Positions 8,016 through 18,020 of a stretch of DNA of 64,000 nucleotides are shown here, piece after piece (the stretch's first letter is position 1; each line of letters opens with the position of its first letter). The DNA comes from a virus. Lineage: Duplodnaviria > Caudoviricetes. The position numbers and the translations under genes were made by a program. Where the stretch lies: positions 2,519 to 66,518 of IMG/VR virus record IMGVR_UViG_2891456851_000002; one strand, 5' to 3'. The notes beneath the pieces were generated by a model. It did not search any database. It was not told the origin of the DNA and worked only from the letters and a program-made list of their open reading frames with translations.

Positions 8016-9317
8016 GTGACCACCGTCTACGCGGACTTCCTCACCCGGAAACAACGCTCCCACCGGCCCGCGGGCCCAACTGTCGACATCACCGACGTCC
8101 ACCCGACACTGCACGAGTGGCAGCGCCGCATCGTCGCGTGGGCCGCGCGTACCGGGCGGGCCGCGATCTGGGCCGACACAGGCCTCGGGAAGACCTTCAT
8201 GCAACTCGAATGGGCCCGCCTGTCCGCCGACCGGTCCCTTGTGGTGGCGCCGCTCGCGGTATGTCAGCAGACCGTGCGGGAGGCCACCAAACTCGGCATC
8301 ACCGCCCACTATGTCCGCTCCGACACGGACGCGACCGGCCCGGGGGTGTGGGTCACCAACTACGAGATGACCCCGCACTTCGACCCGGCCGGGTTCGGCG
8401 CCGTCGTGCTGGACGAGTCGTCCATCCTCAAGGACTTCACCTCTAAGACCCGCGACCGGATGATCAGCGAGTTCGCCGGGGTGCCTCGCCGCCTCGCGTG
8501 CACGGCAACGCCGGCCCCGAACGACGTGGCCGAGCTCGCCAACCACGCTGAGTTCCTCGGCGCCGCCACCCGCCGGGAGATGCTGTCGACGTACTTCGTG
8601 CACGACCAGTCCGGGTGGCGGGCCAAGGGGCACGCCCGCGGGCCGATGTTCCGGTGGATGGCCTCATGGGCGATCGCGATCCGCCGGCCGTCTGACCTCG
8701 GTTACAGCGACGACGGGTATGACCTGCCCGGCCTTGAGATCGTGCCGCACCTGTTGCCTGTCGACGTCGTCCCCGATGGGCAGTTGTTCGCGACCGACCT
8801 GGGCGGGGTGGGTGGCAGGGCCAGGGTCCGCAAGGCCACCCTCGACGCCCGGTGTGCCCGCGCCGCGGAGCTGGTTGCCGCCGAACCCGACGAGCCGTGG
8901 GTGTTGTGGTGCGGCCTGAACGACGAAGCTGACCGCCTCGCAGAACTGATTCCAGGCGCGGTCAACGTCCACGGGTCCCTGACCCCGGAGGAGAAAGCCG
9001 AACACCTACTGGGCTTCGCCGATGGGCAGATCCGGTACCTCATCACCAAGCCCGGGATCGCCGCCTACGGCCTCAACTGGCAGCACTGCGCCCGCATGGC
9101 GTTCGTCGGCCTGTCCGACTCCTACGAGCAGTACTACCAGGCGATTCGCCGCTGCTACCGCTACGGGCAGACCCGGCCCGTCCACGCCCACATCGTGCTG
9201 TCCCAGCTCGAAGGGCAAATCGCATCCAACATCGCGCGCAAGGAAAACGAGGCCGCCGGCATCGTCGGCGGCCTCGTGTCCGAGATGCGGGCCTCCGCCA
9301 CGTGGGGCGCCGCATGA
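8016..9317 (+). CDS. SNF2-like/SF2 helicase
   Basis: ADTGLGKT (Walker A), LDESS (DExx), TATP, QAIRRCYRYGQ. Confidence 0.88.
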   Translation: MTTVYADFLTRKQRSHRPAGPTVDITDVHPTLHEWQRRIVAWAARTGRAAIWADTGLGKTFMQLEWARLSADRSLVVAPLAVCQQTVREATKLGITAHYVRSDTDATGPGVWVTNYEMTPHFDPAGFGAVVLDESSILKDFTSKTRDRMISEFAGVPRRLACTATPAPNDVAELANHAEFLGAATRREMLSTYFVHDQSGWRAKGHARGPMFRWMASWAIAIRRPSDLGYSDDGYDLPGLEIVPHLLPVDVVPDGQLFATDLGGVGGRARVRKATLDARCARAAELVAAEPDEPWVLWCGLNDEADRLAELIPGAVNVHGSLTPEEKAEHLLGFADGQIRYLITKPGIAAYGLNWQHCARMAFVGLSDSYEQYYQAIRRCYRYGQTRPVHAHIVLSQLEGQIASNIARKENEAAGIVGGLVSEMRASATWGAA

Positions 9318-9318
9318 A

Positions 9319-9468
9319 CTACTTGGAAAGCCACTCGCGTAGCAGCTCGCGGATTACGGCGGACAGGGATCGGCCCTCGCTCGCGGCCTTGGCCTTGGCC
9401 GCCGCCCAAAGGTCGTCCTCGATGCTGATGTTGCGGACTGTGACGCCTTCGGCGCGCTTCCCTGGCAT
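9319..9468 (-). CDS. 49-aa ribbon-helix-helix protein (below the ORF-track cutoff)
   Basis: Manual translation MPGKRAEGVTVRNISIEDDLWAAAKAKAASEGRSLSAVIRELLREWLSK. Confidence 0.8.
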   Translation of the reverse strand: MPGKRAEGVTVRNISIEDDLWAAAKAKAASEGRSLSAVIRELLREWLSK

Positions 9469-9469
9469 G

Positions 9470-9679
9470 TCAAGCCACCCATGCGGCGGGGCACAGCAGC
9501 GACCCGTTGGGGGCGTCCTTGGGGACGTCGGCGAAGCGGTGGCGAATCCACGGTTTGCCGCAGATCGTCAGGTGCTCGACCTCGGGGACCTGCACGGCGA
9601 TCCGGCCGTCGCCGGCGTCCACGCCGCCGTTCCGGTTGATCCACGCCTGGTCGGTGGTCCGGATCACGAACTTGGCCAT
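9470..9679 (-). CDS. Small hypothetical protein upstream of the RHH gene
   Basis: RBS GAGAGGG before ATG 9679; stop 1 nt before the RHH start. Confidence 0.65.
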   Translation of the reverse strand: MAKFVIRTTDQAWINRNGGVDAGDGRIAVQVPEVEHLTICGKPWIRHRFADVPKDAPNGSLLCPAAWVA

Positions 9680-9697
9680 CTCGGTTCCCTCTCTTTC

Positions 9698-9733
9698 GGG
9701 TGTACCCACACCATAGCCGGGTGTACCTACACC
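9698..9733. promoter_or_regulatory. Two 15-bp operator-like repeats, 21 bp apart
   Basis: GGGTGTACCCACACC and GGGTGTACCTACACC, each containing the inverted pair GGTGT...ACACC. Confidence 0.65.
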
Positions 9734-9756
9734 GTCAACCCCTTCAGGAGTACCCC

Positions 9757-10749
9757 ATGACCCTGGACATCGACGCCGGATACATCACCGACGACGCCAC
9801 CGGCGACGGCTGGCGCCTCATGCTGGGCGACTCCTGCGAGCGCCTCGCCGAGATCGCCGACCACACCGTGGACCTGTCGGTGTGCTCCCCGCCGTTCGCC
9901 CAGCTCTACAACTACTCGCCCTCGCCGCGGGACCTGTCCAACTCCCGGGACCGGGGCGAGTTCTTCGAGCACTACAGCTTCATCATCCGCGAACAGCTCA
10001 GGGTCACCCGACCAGGCCGCCTGTCCATCGTCCACGTACAGCAGATCGCCCTGCAGAAGGCCCTGCACGGGGTGATCGGCCTGACCGACTTCCGCGGCGA
10101 GGTGATCCGCGCGCACGAAGAGGCAGGCTGGATCTTCCACGGCGAGGTCACCATCGACAAGGACCCGCAGGCGCAGGCCATCCGCACCAAGGCGCACGCC
10201 CTGATGTTCGTCACCAAGGACCGCGACGCCGCGGGTCTGCGGCCCGCCCTCGCCGACTACCTGCTGATGTTCCGCGCCCCTGGCGACAACCAGACGCCCG
10301 TTAAGACCGACGTGTCCAACGACGAGTGGATTCAGTGGGCTCGCCCGATCTGGCCCGGATGCGGCGACGTCGAGGCGATGCAGGCGATGGAGGACCTCGG
10401 GCTGATCCTGCCCCGCCCCGCCTGGTACGGCATCCGAGAGACGAACACCCTGAACACCAGGGTCGCCAAGGAAGACGCCGACGAGCGACACATCTGCCCC
10501 CTGCAACTCGACCTGATCGAACGGTGCGTCCGCCTGTGGTCGAGCCCCGGCGAGCTCGTGCTGTCTCCCTTCGCCGGCATCGGGTCCGAGGGCTACGTCT
10601 CCGTCATGCAGGGCCGTCGTTTCGTGGGGTGCGAGCTCAAGCCGTCGTACTGGCGGACCGCGGTGACCAACCTTCGGTTGGCGGAGCGGCAGGTGTCGAC
10701 TCCGTCGCTGTTTGACGACGAGTTCGACCTGGCCAGCGGGGACCGCTGA
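9757..10749 (+). CDS. Amino (N4-C/N6-A) DNA methyltransferase, beta class
   Basis: Catalytic SPPF precedes the SAM-binding VLSPFAGIGSEG; HICPLQ motif. Confidence 0.9.
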   Translation: MTLDIDAGYITDDATGDGWRLMLGDSCERLAEIADHTVDLSVCSPPFAQLYNYSPSPRDLSNSRDRGEFFEHYSFIIREQLRVTRPGRLSIVHVQQIALQKALHGVIGLTDFRGEVIRAHEEAGWIFHGEVTIDKDPQAQAIRTKAHALMFVTKDRDAAGLRPALADYLLMFRAPGDNQTPVKTDVSNDEWIQWARPIWPGCGDVEAMQAMEDLGLILPRPAWYGIRETNTLNTRVAKEDADERHICPLQLDLIERCVRLWSSPGELVLSPFAGIGSEGYVSVMQGRRFVGCELKPSYWRTAVTNLRLAERQVSTPSLFDDEFDLASGDR

Positions 10750-10815
10750 GCCCCACCCCGCCCCTTACCAGCCGGGCCGTCCCCTTCAACGTCTGAACCA
10801 TTTGGAGCACGCACC

Positions 10816-11850
10816 GTGGCCGGAAGCTTCGCCAAGATCTACAACCGGATCTGGGCAGACGCCGACTTCCGCTCGCTGACACGCAATCAGCAGTGGCTGT
10901 ACTTCACGCTGATCAGTCAGCCGGAACTCACCTTCGCGGGCGTCGTCACCACGACGGATCGGCGTCTGACCGGCTGCGCTGTCGACTTCACCGCGCCCGA
11001 ACTGAAGGCGGACCTCGCCGTGCTGCACGAGCGCCGCTACGTGGTGGTCGATCACGAGCACGACGAGATCCTTGTCCGCACATACATCAAGTGGGACGAC
11101 GCCTGGAAGATCCCCAACGTCCTGAAGAGCATCATCCGGGACGCCTCGATGGTCAGGTCTCAGGCGATCCGGGCGACGCTCGCCGAGGAGTTCGCCCGGC
11201 TGCCGGTCGCTGGCCTATCTGGCAAGAAGGCCGACGAGATGCGGGAGTCGATCGGAAGGGTTATCGAAACCCTTAGGCCAATGGTTCCCGTAAGGGTTAG
11301 CCCAACCCTTCCCGGAACGGTTCCCGGAACCCCTGGCGAACCCTTGGCGGAACCCTTCCAGCAACCCTCGGGCGAACCCATAGGCCAACCCTCCGTTGTT
11401 GTTGCTGTTGTAGGTGAAGAAGTTAAAGACCGTACTTCGGTAGAACCCGGCAACGATCCCGCCGCCCCGGCTGAGGCCGACGCCTCCGGCGACGGAGTCT
11501 TGATCCACCTCGAAGCCGCCCAGAAGAAACCCACCTTCCAGCCCGGCAGCGACCAGGACCCCGCCTTCGTCGCGTTCTGGAAGGCCTACCCCCGCAAGGT
11601 CGACAAGGGCCACGCCCGCGCCGCCTGGGTCAAAGCCGTCAAGCGCGCCGACCCGCAGGCGATCGTCGCCGCGGCTGAGCGGTTCCGGGACAACCCGATG
11701 CGGCAGGCCCGGGGCATCGAGTACACCCCGCACCCCACGACGTGGCTAAACGGGGAGCGCTGGAACGACGAGACCGCCACGAGCAATGACGACCACTGGC
11801 GGTGGGACGCCGTGCAGGAGGTCGCACCGAGGGAGTTCAACCACCGATGA
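10816..11850 (+). CDS. Phage replication initiator (replisome organizer-like)
   Basis: FAKIYNRIWAD N-terminus; C-terminal FWKAYPRKVDK...PHPTTWLNGERW; lies upstream of a DnaB-like gene. Confidence 0.75.
   Translation: MAGSFAKIYNRIWADADFRSLTRNQQWLYFTLISQPELTFAGVVTTTDRRLTGCAVDFTAPELKADLAVLHERRYVVVDHEHDEILVRTYIKWDDAWKIPNVLKSIIRDASMVRSQAIRATLAEEFARLPVAGLSGKKADEMRESIGRVIETLRPMVPVRVSPTLPGTVPGTPGEPLAEPFQQPSGEPIGQPSVVVAVVGEEVKDRTSVEPGNDPAAPAEADASGDGVLIHLEAAQKKPTFQPGSDQDPAFVAFWKAYPRKVDKGHARAAWVKAVKRADPQAIVAAAERFRDNPMRQARGIEYTPHPTTWLNGERWNDETATSNDDHWRWDAVQEVAPREFNHR
11257..11392. repeat. Iteron-like AACCC(T) repeats inside the initiator gene (putative origin)
   Basis: AACCCN at 11328, 11339, 11351, 11363, 11375 and 11387 (11-12 bp period), plus inverted AGGGTT copies upstream. 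Confidence 0.65.
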
Positions 11851-13100
11851 CCGACGACTTCCGGGCCCTGCCGCACGACATCGAGGCCGAACAGTGCGTC
11901 CTCGGCGCGTGCCTGATCTCGCCGAACGCCGTAGCTGTCGCCCTCGGGCACCTCGGCGCCGACGACTTCTACCGCCCCGTCCACCAGGAAATCTTCATCG
12001 CGATCGCGGATCTGCGCCGCCGCGGCGAACCGATCGACGTCGTGTCGGTGCGCGCCGAGCTGGAGCGCATCGGCAAGCTCGACCCGGCCGGCAAGAAAGC
12101 GATGCTCCTGCACGACCTGTCGGCCGTGGTGCCGACCGCTGCCAACGCCGGGTTCTACGTCAACCGCGTCCGGATGCTCGGGTCGAAGCGGCTCGCCGCG
12201 CTGGAATTCTCCCGCCTGGGCGAGATGGCCTACGAGGCGGACACCACCCCCGAGGACCTGGTCCAGGCCGCCGAGGATTCCCTGAGCTTGCTCCGCCGCA
12301 CTGGCGACGACGGCGAGGTGGCCGGGCTGTCCACGATGGGCTCGTTCGTGGACGAGACCGACGAAGACCACGACTGGCTGATCCCCGGCGTGCTGGAGCG
12401 GATGGACCGCGTGATCGTCGTAGCGTCCGAAGGCGCTGGGAAGACCACGTGGGCGCGACAGATCACCGTGATGGGCGCCGCCGGGCTGCACCCGTTCTCG
12501 TGGGGCACCCGCATCCCCCCGTTCCGGACGCTGTACCTCGACCTGGAGAACCCGCCCGCCCTGATCCGCCGCAAGGCCCGCCACCTCGTGAGCCTCGGCC
12601 GGAACGCCGCCGGATGGGACGACGACCGCTGCTGGCGCTGGACCATCCCAGGCGGGATCGACCTGCGCAAACCGCACGACCAGTACCTCGTGGACCGCGT
12701 CATCGAGCAGGTCCGCCCGGACTTCGTGGCGATGGGCCCGCTGTACAAGGCGTTCCTCGAATCGGGGGAGAAGGCCGAGACGATCAACGGGCAGGTCGCC
12801 CGCGTCCTCGACGGGTTCCGGCAGCGACACGGCGTCGCCCTGTGGCTGGAGACTCACGCCCCGATGGAGCAGTCCGGGCAGCGGTCTCTCCGCCCTCTCG
12901 GGTCCGGTGTGTGGCAGCGCTGGCCCGAGTTCGGCCTGGCCCTCCGCAAAGACCCGAACAACCCAACCCAGGTGTTCGTCGAGCGGTTCCGAGGCGACCG
13001 CGACGAACGCGCCTGGCCCCACCGCTTGCAGCGCTCCTCCCCGTGGCCGTGGCAGGCCGTCTGGGACGGCGGCTTCCCCGTCGAGGAAGCCAGCGCCTAA
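11847..13100 (+). CDS. DnaB-like replicative helicase (DnaB N-terminal domain plus RecA/AAA_25 domain)
   Basis: LPHDIEAEQCVLGACL...DFYRPVHQEIF; Walker A ASEGAGKTT; LYLDLEN. Confidence 0.88.
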   Translation: MTDDFRALPHDIEAEQCVLGACLISPNAVAVALGHLGADDFYRPVHQEIFIAIADLRRRGEPIDVVSVRAELERIGKLDPAGKKAMLLHDLSAVVPTAANAGFYVNRVRMLGSKRLAALEFSRLGEMAYEADTTPEDLVQAAEDSLSLLRRTGDDGEVAGLSTMGSFVDETDEDHDWLIPGVLERMDRVIVVASEGAGKTTWARQITVMGAAGLHPFSWGTRIPPFRTLYLDLENPPALIRRKARHLVSLGRNAAGWDDDRCWRWTIPGGIDLRKPHDQYLVDRVIEQVRPDFVAMGPLYKAFLESGEKAETINGQVARVLDGFRQRHGVALWLETHAPMEQSGQRSLRPLGSGVWQRWPEFGLALRKDPNNPTQVFVERFRGDRDERAWPHRLQRSSPWPWQAVWDGGFPVEEASA

Positions 13101-13132
13101 CCCCCCATCCCCCCCTCTCCGAAGGAGTCCCC

Positions 13133-13815
13133 ATGACCGAGGAAAAGCTTGAAGTGATCTGCGACGCCTGCCGCCGGCCGATCGAGGACGGCGACGGGTT
13201 CCTGTACGTGGAACTCGCCAAGGTGCGGGACCTGTGGTCCGCGCAGCCCGACCCCGACGCCCAGGTGCTGTCGATCGAGTCGTTGATGGGCCGCCCCGTC
13301 CGCCCGACGTGGCAGGCCCGGCACACCGCGTGCGCCCCGGACGACGGCGGCGCCTCGTACGACGTGCCGGTTGCTCAGGTCCGCACCTGGCCCGGCCTCG
13401 CCGCGACCACGGCCCGCCTGATGGGCAAGTCGTGGCTTCAGCACACGGACTGGGACGCCCTGTTGGAGGGCGCTGCGTCTGCTGGTGGTTCCCGGGTGTC
13501 TCGTACCTCCCTCCGGGAGGCGTCCTAATGACCGCGCGACCCGACCAGCCCGTGCAGGTGGTCATGCCCGCCGCACTGCTGCCCCGCCTCGTTGAGCCGC
13601 TCGCCATGCTCGGCATGCGCGTCTACCAGCTCCCGACGAAGGACGGCCCGACGCTGATGATCGCGGCTGACCTGTCGGAGCTACGCGACCCGGACGCCCC
13701 GGCGTCTCTGACGACCGAGGACGTGCTCGAAGCGTGGTCGTTCGCCGTCGACTCCCTTGTTGAGGCCGCCGCTGAGGCGAAGCGACCGAAGACCCGGAAG
13801 CGGAGGGCGGCATGA
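13133..13815 (+). CDS. Two hypothetical proteins (13133-13528, 13528-13815)
   Basis: RBS GAAGGAG and GGAGG; TAATG coupling. Confidence 0.6.
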
Positions 13816-13933
13816 ACGTCTGCCCGAACCCCGAGTGCCTTGGTGTGTTCCCTCCTGCTGCTCCTGGTGAGTGGGTGTGCCGGTGCGGCTCCGGGTGGGC
13901 TGCGGACGCGGGCGCACACGAGGCGGTGGCGGC

Positions 13934-15205
13934 ATGACCCTGCGCATCGGCAGCATCTGCACCGGCTACGGCGGCCTGGACATGGCCGTCCACCAGGTGT
14001 GCGGCGGCGAACTCGCCTGGGTCGCCGACATCGACCCCGGCGCGAACCAGATCCTCGCCCACCGCTACCCGCACCTGCCCAACCTGGGCGACATCACCAC
14101 CGTCGACTGGTCGCAGGTCGAACCGGTCGACATCTTCACCGGGGGTTTCCCCTGCCAGCCCGTGTCTGCGGCCGGCCAGCGAAAGGGCGTCACCGATGAC
14201 CGATGGCTCTTCGACGACATCTGCTCGGCTCTTGGCCGAATGGTCACACGCCCCCGGCTGCTCGTGTTCGAAAACGTCCTTGGGCTGCTGTCTGCAAACG
14301 GCGGGGACGCTATGGCCCGTGTCATTCAGGGACTGGCCGCGCTCGGCTACGTGGGGTCCTGGCGGACTGTACGAGCTTCCGACGCAGGCGCCCCCCACCG
14401 CCGGGAGCGGGTGTTCATCGTCGCTTGGCTCGCCGACGCCACGGGCGACGGACACGAACGGGGCGGGCGCGCATGGGACGGGCGGCCCGGATCTGCGGAC
14501 GGCGGTCACGCTGTTGCCGACGCCACGGGCGACGGACACGAACGGGGCGGGCGCGCATGGGACGGGCGGCCCGGATCTGCGGACGGCGGTCACGCTGTTG
14601 CCGACGCCACGGGCGACGGACGGTACGAAGGGGGGGCCGAACCAACGAGGCTCGTCAGGCGACCTGATGCTGCCCTCAGCGGTGATGGCGTTCCTGCCGA
14701 CGCCGGCGGCCGGGAACTTCAACGACGGGGAGAGCCTGTCGAACTGGGAGACCCGGAGGGAGACGCAGAAGGCTCGGGGGATCAACGGCAACGGGATGGG
14801 CATGCCGCTGGGCATCGCGGTGCAGAAGCTGCTTCCGACGCCGAGAGCCTCGGACACGGGGACGCCGGGCCGACGGGCGACAGATGGCTTCCGGCCGCCG
14901 CTGTCGCAGGTGATCTTCCGGGAGACGTCAACTGGGGACAGTACGAGCCCGCGATCCGCCGATGGGAGCAGCTCACCGGCCGCCCCGTCCCTCGACCCAC
15001 CGAGCCCGGACGCAACGGCGAGCGCCTGAGCCCGCGCTTCGTCGAGTGGATGCAAGGCCTGCCCGCCGGCTGGGTGACGGACGTCCCCGGCTTGGCGCGT
15101 AATGCGCAGCTCAAGGCTCTCGGTAACGGGGTCGTGCCAGCCCAGGCGGCGTACGCCCTTCGCCTGCTGCTGGCCCGCGCCGGCGTTTCGGGGGTGGCGG
15201 CGTGA
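13934..15205 (+). CDS. C5-cytosine DNA methyltransferase
   Basis: Motif I (ICTGYGG), motif IV GFPCQ, motif VI ENV, motif VIII RERVF, motif X QLKALGNGV. Confidence 0.92.
   Translation: MTLRIGSICTGYGGLDMAVHQVCGGELAWVADIDPGANQILAHRYPHLPNLGDITTVDWSQVEPVDIFTGGFPCQPVSAAGQRKGVTDDRWLFDDICSALGRMVTRPRLLVFENVLGLLSANGGDAMARVIQGLAALGYVGSWRTVRASDAGAPHRRERVFIVAWLADATGDGHERGGRAWDGRPGSADGGHAVADATGDGHERGGRAWDGRPGSADGGHAVADATGDGRYEGGAEPTRLVRRPDAALSGDGVPADAGGRELQRRGEPVELGDPEGDAEGSGDQRQRDGHAAGHRGAEAASDAESLGHGDAGPTGDRWLPAAAVAGDLPGDVNWGQYEPAIRRWEQLTGRPVPRPTEPGRNGERLSPRFVEWMQGLPAGWVTDVPGLARNAQLKALGNGVVPAQAAYALRLLLARAGVSGVAA
14196..15029 (+). CDS. Overlapping +1-frame ORF with five (L)LPTP modules, candidate target-recognition subunit
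   Basis: Repeats such as LLPTPRATD...DLRTAV; over the same span the main frame is low-complexity; true start unclear. Confidence 0.55.
   Translation: MTDGSSTTSARLLAEWSHAPGCSCSKTSLGCCLQTAGTLWPVSFRDWPRSATWGPGGLYELPTQAPPTAGSGCSSSLGSPTPRATDTNGAGAHGTGGPDLRTAVTLLPTPRATDTNGAGAHGTGGPDLRTAVTLLPTPRATDGTKGGPNQRGSSGDLMLPSAVMAFLPTPAAGNFNDGESLSNWETRRETQKARGINGNGMGMPLGIAVQKLLPTPRASDTGTPGRRATDGFRPPLSQVIFRETSTGDSTSPRSADGSSSPAAPSLDPPSPDATASA
14432..14621 (+). repeat. 84-bp tandem duplication (2 full copies plus a partial third)
   Basis: GCCGACGCCACGGGCGACGGAC at 14432, 14516 and 14600. Confidence 0.95.
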
Positions 15206-15567
15206 ACCCGATCGATTTCGCTGCCCGGGTGTTGCGTGACATGCACGGCGACCGGCAGGCCGACCCGGGGCCGGTGGCGGAGCTGGCCTCGGAGGCGCGT
15301 GAGGTGGCGCCGACCTCGTACCGGCCGGATCCCGCCCTTGTGACCGCGTTCGAGTCCGGGTTCCGCGCGAGGGCTGCGGACGAGGCGATCGTGCTGGAGC
15401 GGCTGGCGGTGGAGACCGCCCGGGTCGGCCCGTGGGAGGCCGCCCGGACCCTGTTCGCCCCCAACACCCCGTGCGCGGGGCTGTACGCCACGCAGACGCC
15501 CGCAAGTGCCCCCTCTCATGTCTCGGTATCCCCGGAACCGCAGAAGCCAGCTCAGCCCCTCCCGTAA
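15202..15567 (+). CDS. Hypothetical protein
   Basis: GTGA overlap with the methyltransferase stop. Confidence 0.6.
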   Translation: MNPIDFAARVLRDMHGDRQADPGPVAELASEAREVAPTSYRPDPALVTAFESGFRARAADEAIVLERLAVETARVGPWEAARTLFAPNTPCAGLYATQTPASAPSHVSVSPEPQKPAQPLP

Positions 15568-15592
15568 CCCAACCCGCGAAGGAGACCAACCG

Positions 15593-15928
15593 ATGACCAC
15601 GGCTACACGGTTCCGGAAGAAGCCCGTAGAGATCACCGCCGCCCAATGGTTCAAGAACGGCGACCACCCCGAGGACAGATCCTCCGGCATCGAAGAGGGC
15701 CTCGTCGTGCGCTACTTCCGCAGCCCCGACCTGCCAGGCACCGCGATGTGCCGCCACTGCTGGAACCAGATGCACGACCATGGCTGGATCGACACCCTCG
15801 AAGGCGGTCACATCGTCTGCCCCGGCGACTGGATCGTGACCGGCGTCAACGGCGAGCGCTACCCGGTCAAGCCGGACATCTTCGAGCAGACCTACGAGCC
15901 CGCCGAGGCGGAGCACGCCGATGCCTGA
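15593..15928 (+). CDS. Conserved phage protein (RKKP...PGDW family)
   Basis: RFRKKPVEITAAQW...TLEG...PGDWIVTGVNGERYPVKPDIFEQTYE. Confidence 0.8.
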   Translation: MTTATRFRKKPVEITAAQWFKNGDHPEDRSSGIEEGLVVRYFRSPDLPGTAMCRHCWNQMHDHGWIDTLEGGHIVCPGDWIVTGVNGERYPVKPDIFEQTYEPAEAEHADA

Positions 15929-17856
15929 CCGCGTGTACTTCCACGCCAAGCGCCTGTGCCGCGTCGCGGTGTGGCCGAACCAGCGGCGGAAGGACCTGCC
16001 CGAGCCGCGGCCCCACCTGACCCGTCTGCGCCCGTACCCGCCCCGCAACGTCCTCGTGGAGTACGAGGACGGCACCCGTGTGGTGCGCCCGTTCCGTGGC
16101 CTGAGGAGAACCGATGCCTGACGTGAAGCCCGGCCAGATCTGGGCCGACAACGACAAACGATCCAGCGGGCGGAAGGTCCGCGTGATCGCGGTAGGGGAG
16201 ACCCACGCGACCGTCGAGCAGGTCGTCACCGGACGCACCACGCGGCAGCCCCGGCAGTCGCGGATCCGCTTGGACCGGTTTCGCCCGACCTCGACGGGCT
16301 ACCGGCTGGTGTCCGAGGGGGAGGCCCGCGATGCCTGAGCTTCCGGCGGAAGCCGTCCAAGCCGCCGCCAATGCGGCACTCGCGGCCCGGACCGTCCGTG
16401 AGACGTCCGCTGCGGGGGTGGGGTCGCCCACCTCTTGCCCCTCAGTGGCCCCAGAATCCACGCAGAGCCCGGAAAGCACGTCGGTCGCTCCCGTTTATCC
16501 TCCCGCCACCGTCAACCCCGCAGAAACGCTCTCAGCGCTTCGCGACCGGTACGCCCGCGCCATCGCCCGCCGTGCCGGGTCCCAAGCGTTCGACCACACC
16601 GACCGGGCCTGGGACGACCTCCGCAACCGGTGGCTGACCTACGCCGACGCCGTGCTGGCCGTCCGTGACGACGAGCTGGCCCGTGCGCTCCGCATCGCGG
16701 ACTACCACGCCGGCCAACACCAGCAAGCAGCGCACGCCATCGCCCGTGTGCACCAGGTGTGCCGTCAAGCCCTCGCCACCCCGGACGCCCCTGACCGGTG
16801 GGCGGTCGCCGCTCAGGTCCGCGCAGCGTTGGAAGGCCCCGAACCCCAGACCGGGGCGGGTGCCGTCTCCGAGGAGCAGCCGCACGCCGAGCCGTCCCAC
16901 TGGGGACCGGACCCGGGGCATAGCGGCCTGACCAGACACACGGGGGCCCCGGAGGACTGTCCCGGCCCTGACTGCGGCCCAAGTGCCTCCGAGGAGCAGA
17001 CAGGAGGCGGCAATGGCTGACCCGCCCACGAAAGATGCCTGCCGTAGCTGCCGCCGCCCCATCCACTGGGTGGACGGCATCGGCTGGCTTCACGGCGAAC
17101 TCCCGCAGTACGCCAACCAACCGATCACCTGCGGCTACGCCCACCCGGTGTCCTGCACCTGGCATCGGCAGGGCGAATGCCCGAAGGGCTACGACGCAGT
17201 TGACCAGTCCGGGGGCGGCTTCCCGCCCGCTTCCACCACCGAGGAGACCGGCCGATGATCCGTGAAGACCGCTTCCTGATCTCCCGCCGCCCGTACGCCG
17301 TGGACCTGTCCAGCCTCCGCACCAGCACGAACGAGTACGAGGGCGGGCGCAAGTCCTACAACTGCTACCTCGACGCCGTCTGGTACCGCCGCCGCAAGGG
17401 CGTCACCGTCGCCTGCGTCGGCACCCTGTGGGACATCCAACGCGAGCACCCCGCCGACGCCACCGAGTTCCTGAGTAGGCACGACGACGGCCGGTACGGA
17501 GGCGACTGCAAAGGCCGCTGGGACGGCGACACCTACTGGGGAGCCGGAGCACCCAGCGTCATCGAACAGCACCTCGCGCTGCTTCGCCCCATGCTCGCCA
17601 GCTACCCGGTCATCCCTGACGGCTACGACGGCTGGTGGCGGTTCTGATGCCCGACCTCACCAGCAACATGCTCGGTGATGTGACGACCCTCATCACCCTG
17701 CTGGAAGACAAGCAGCGGGCCGTCACCGACGAGGAGAAAGCCGCCTCCGGGCTCGCCCTGGAAACCGAGCTTGCTCTGCAGCAGGCCGCGTCAACCGAGC
17801 GGGCGCGTAGGCGTTGCTGGGACATGATTCGCCGTCTCGCCGATGGGCCGGACTGA
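15921..17856 (+). CDS. Run of six coupled hypothetical genes (15921-16121, 16114-16338, 16331-17020, 17013-17258, 17255-17647, 17647-17856)
   Basis: Overlapping stops and starts, GGAG/GAGG RBSs. Confidence 0.6.
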
Positions 17857-18020
17857 TGTGCCGCAATGTCCGTTTTTCGGGTTGCGACCTGCATCGATGT
17901 GGCACCCATACCCGCCAGTAACCCCGTGCGGCTCCCCCTGGTTGCACCTCCGGGGGAGCCGCCCACCCACCGCCCCTCAGCGTCGGGTCACCAGCACGGT
18001 ACAACCCGAGGAGACCCGGC

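Noticed and set aside
13562-16075. Long antisense ORFs here and at e.g. 21035-22687, 24330-25625, 25649-27307, 38016-39992, 38156-40138 and 43700-45637
   Set aside because: Shadow frames of well-supported plus-strand genes, expected at about 70% GC.
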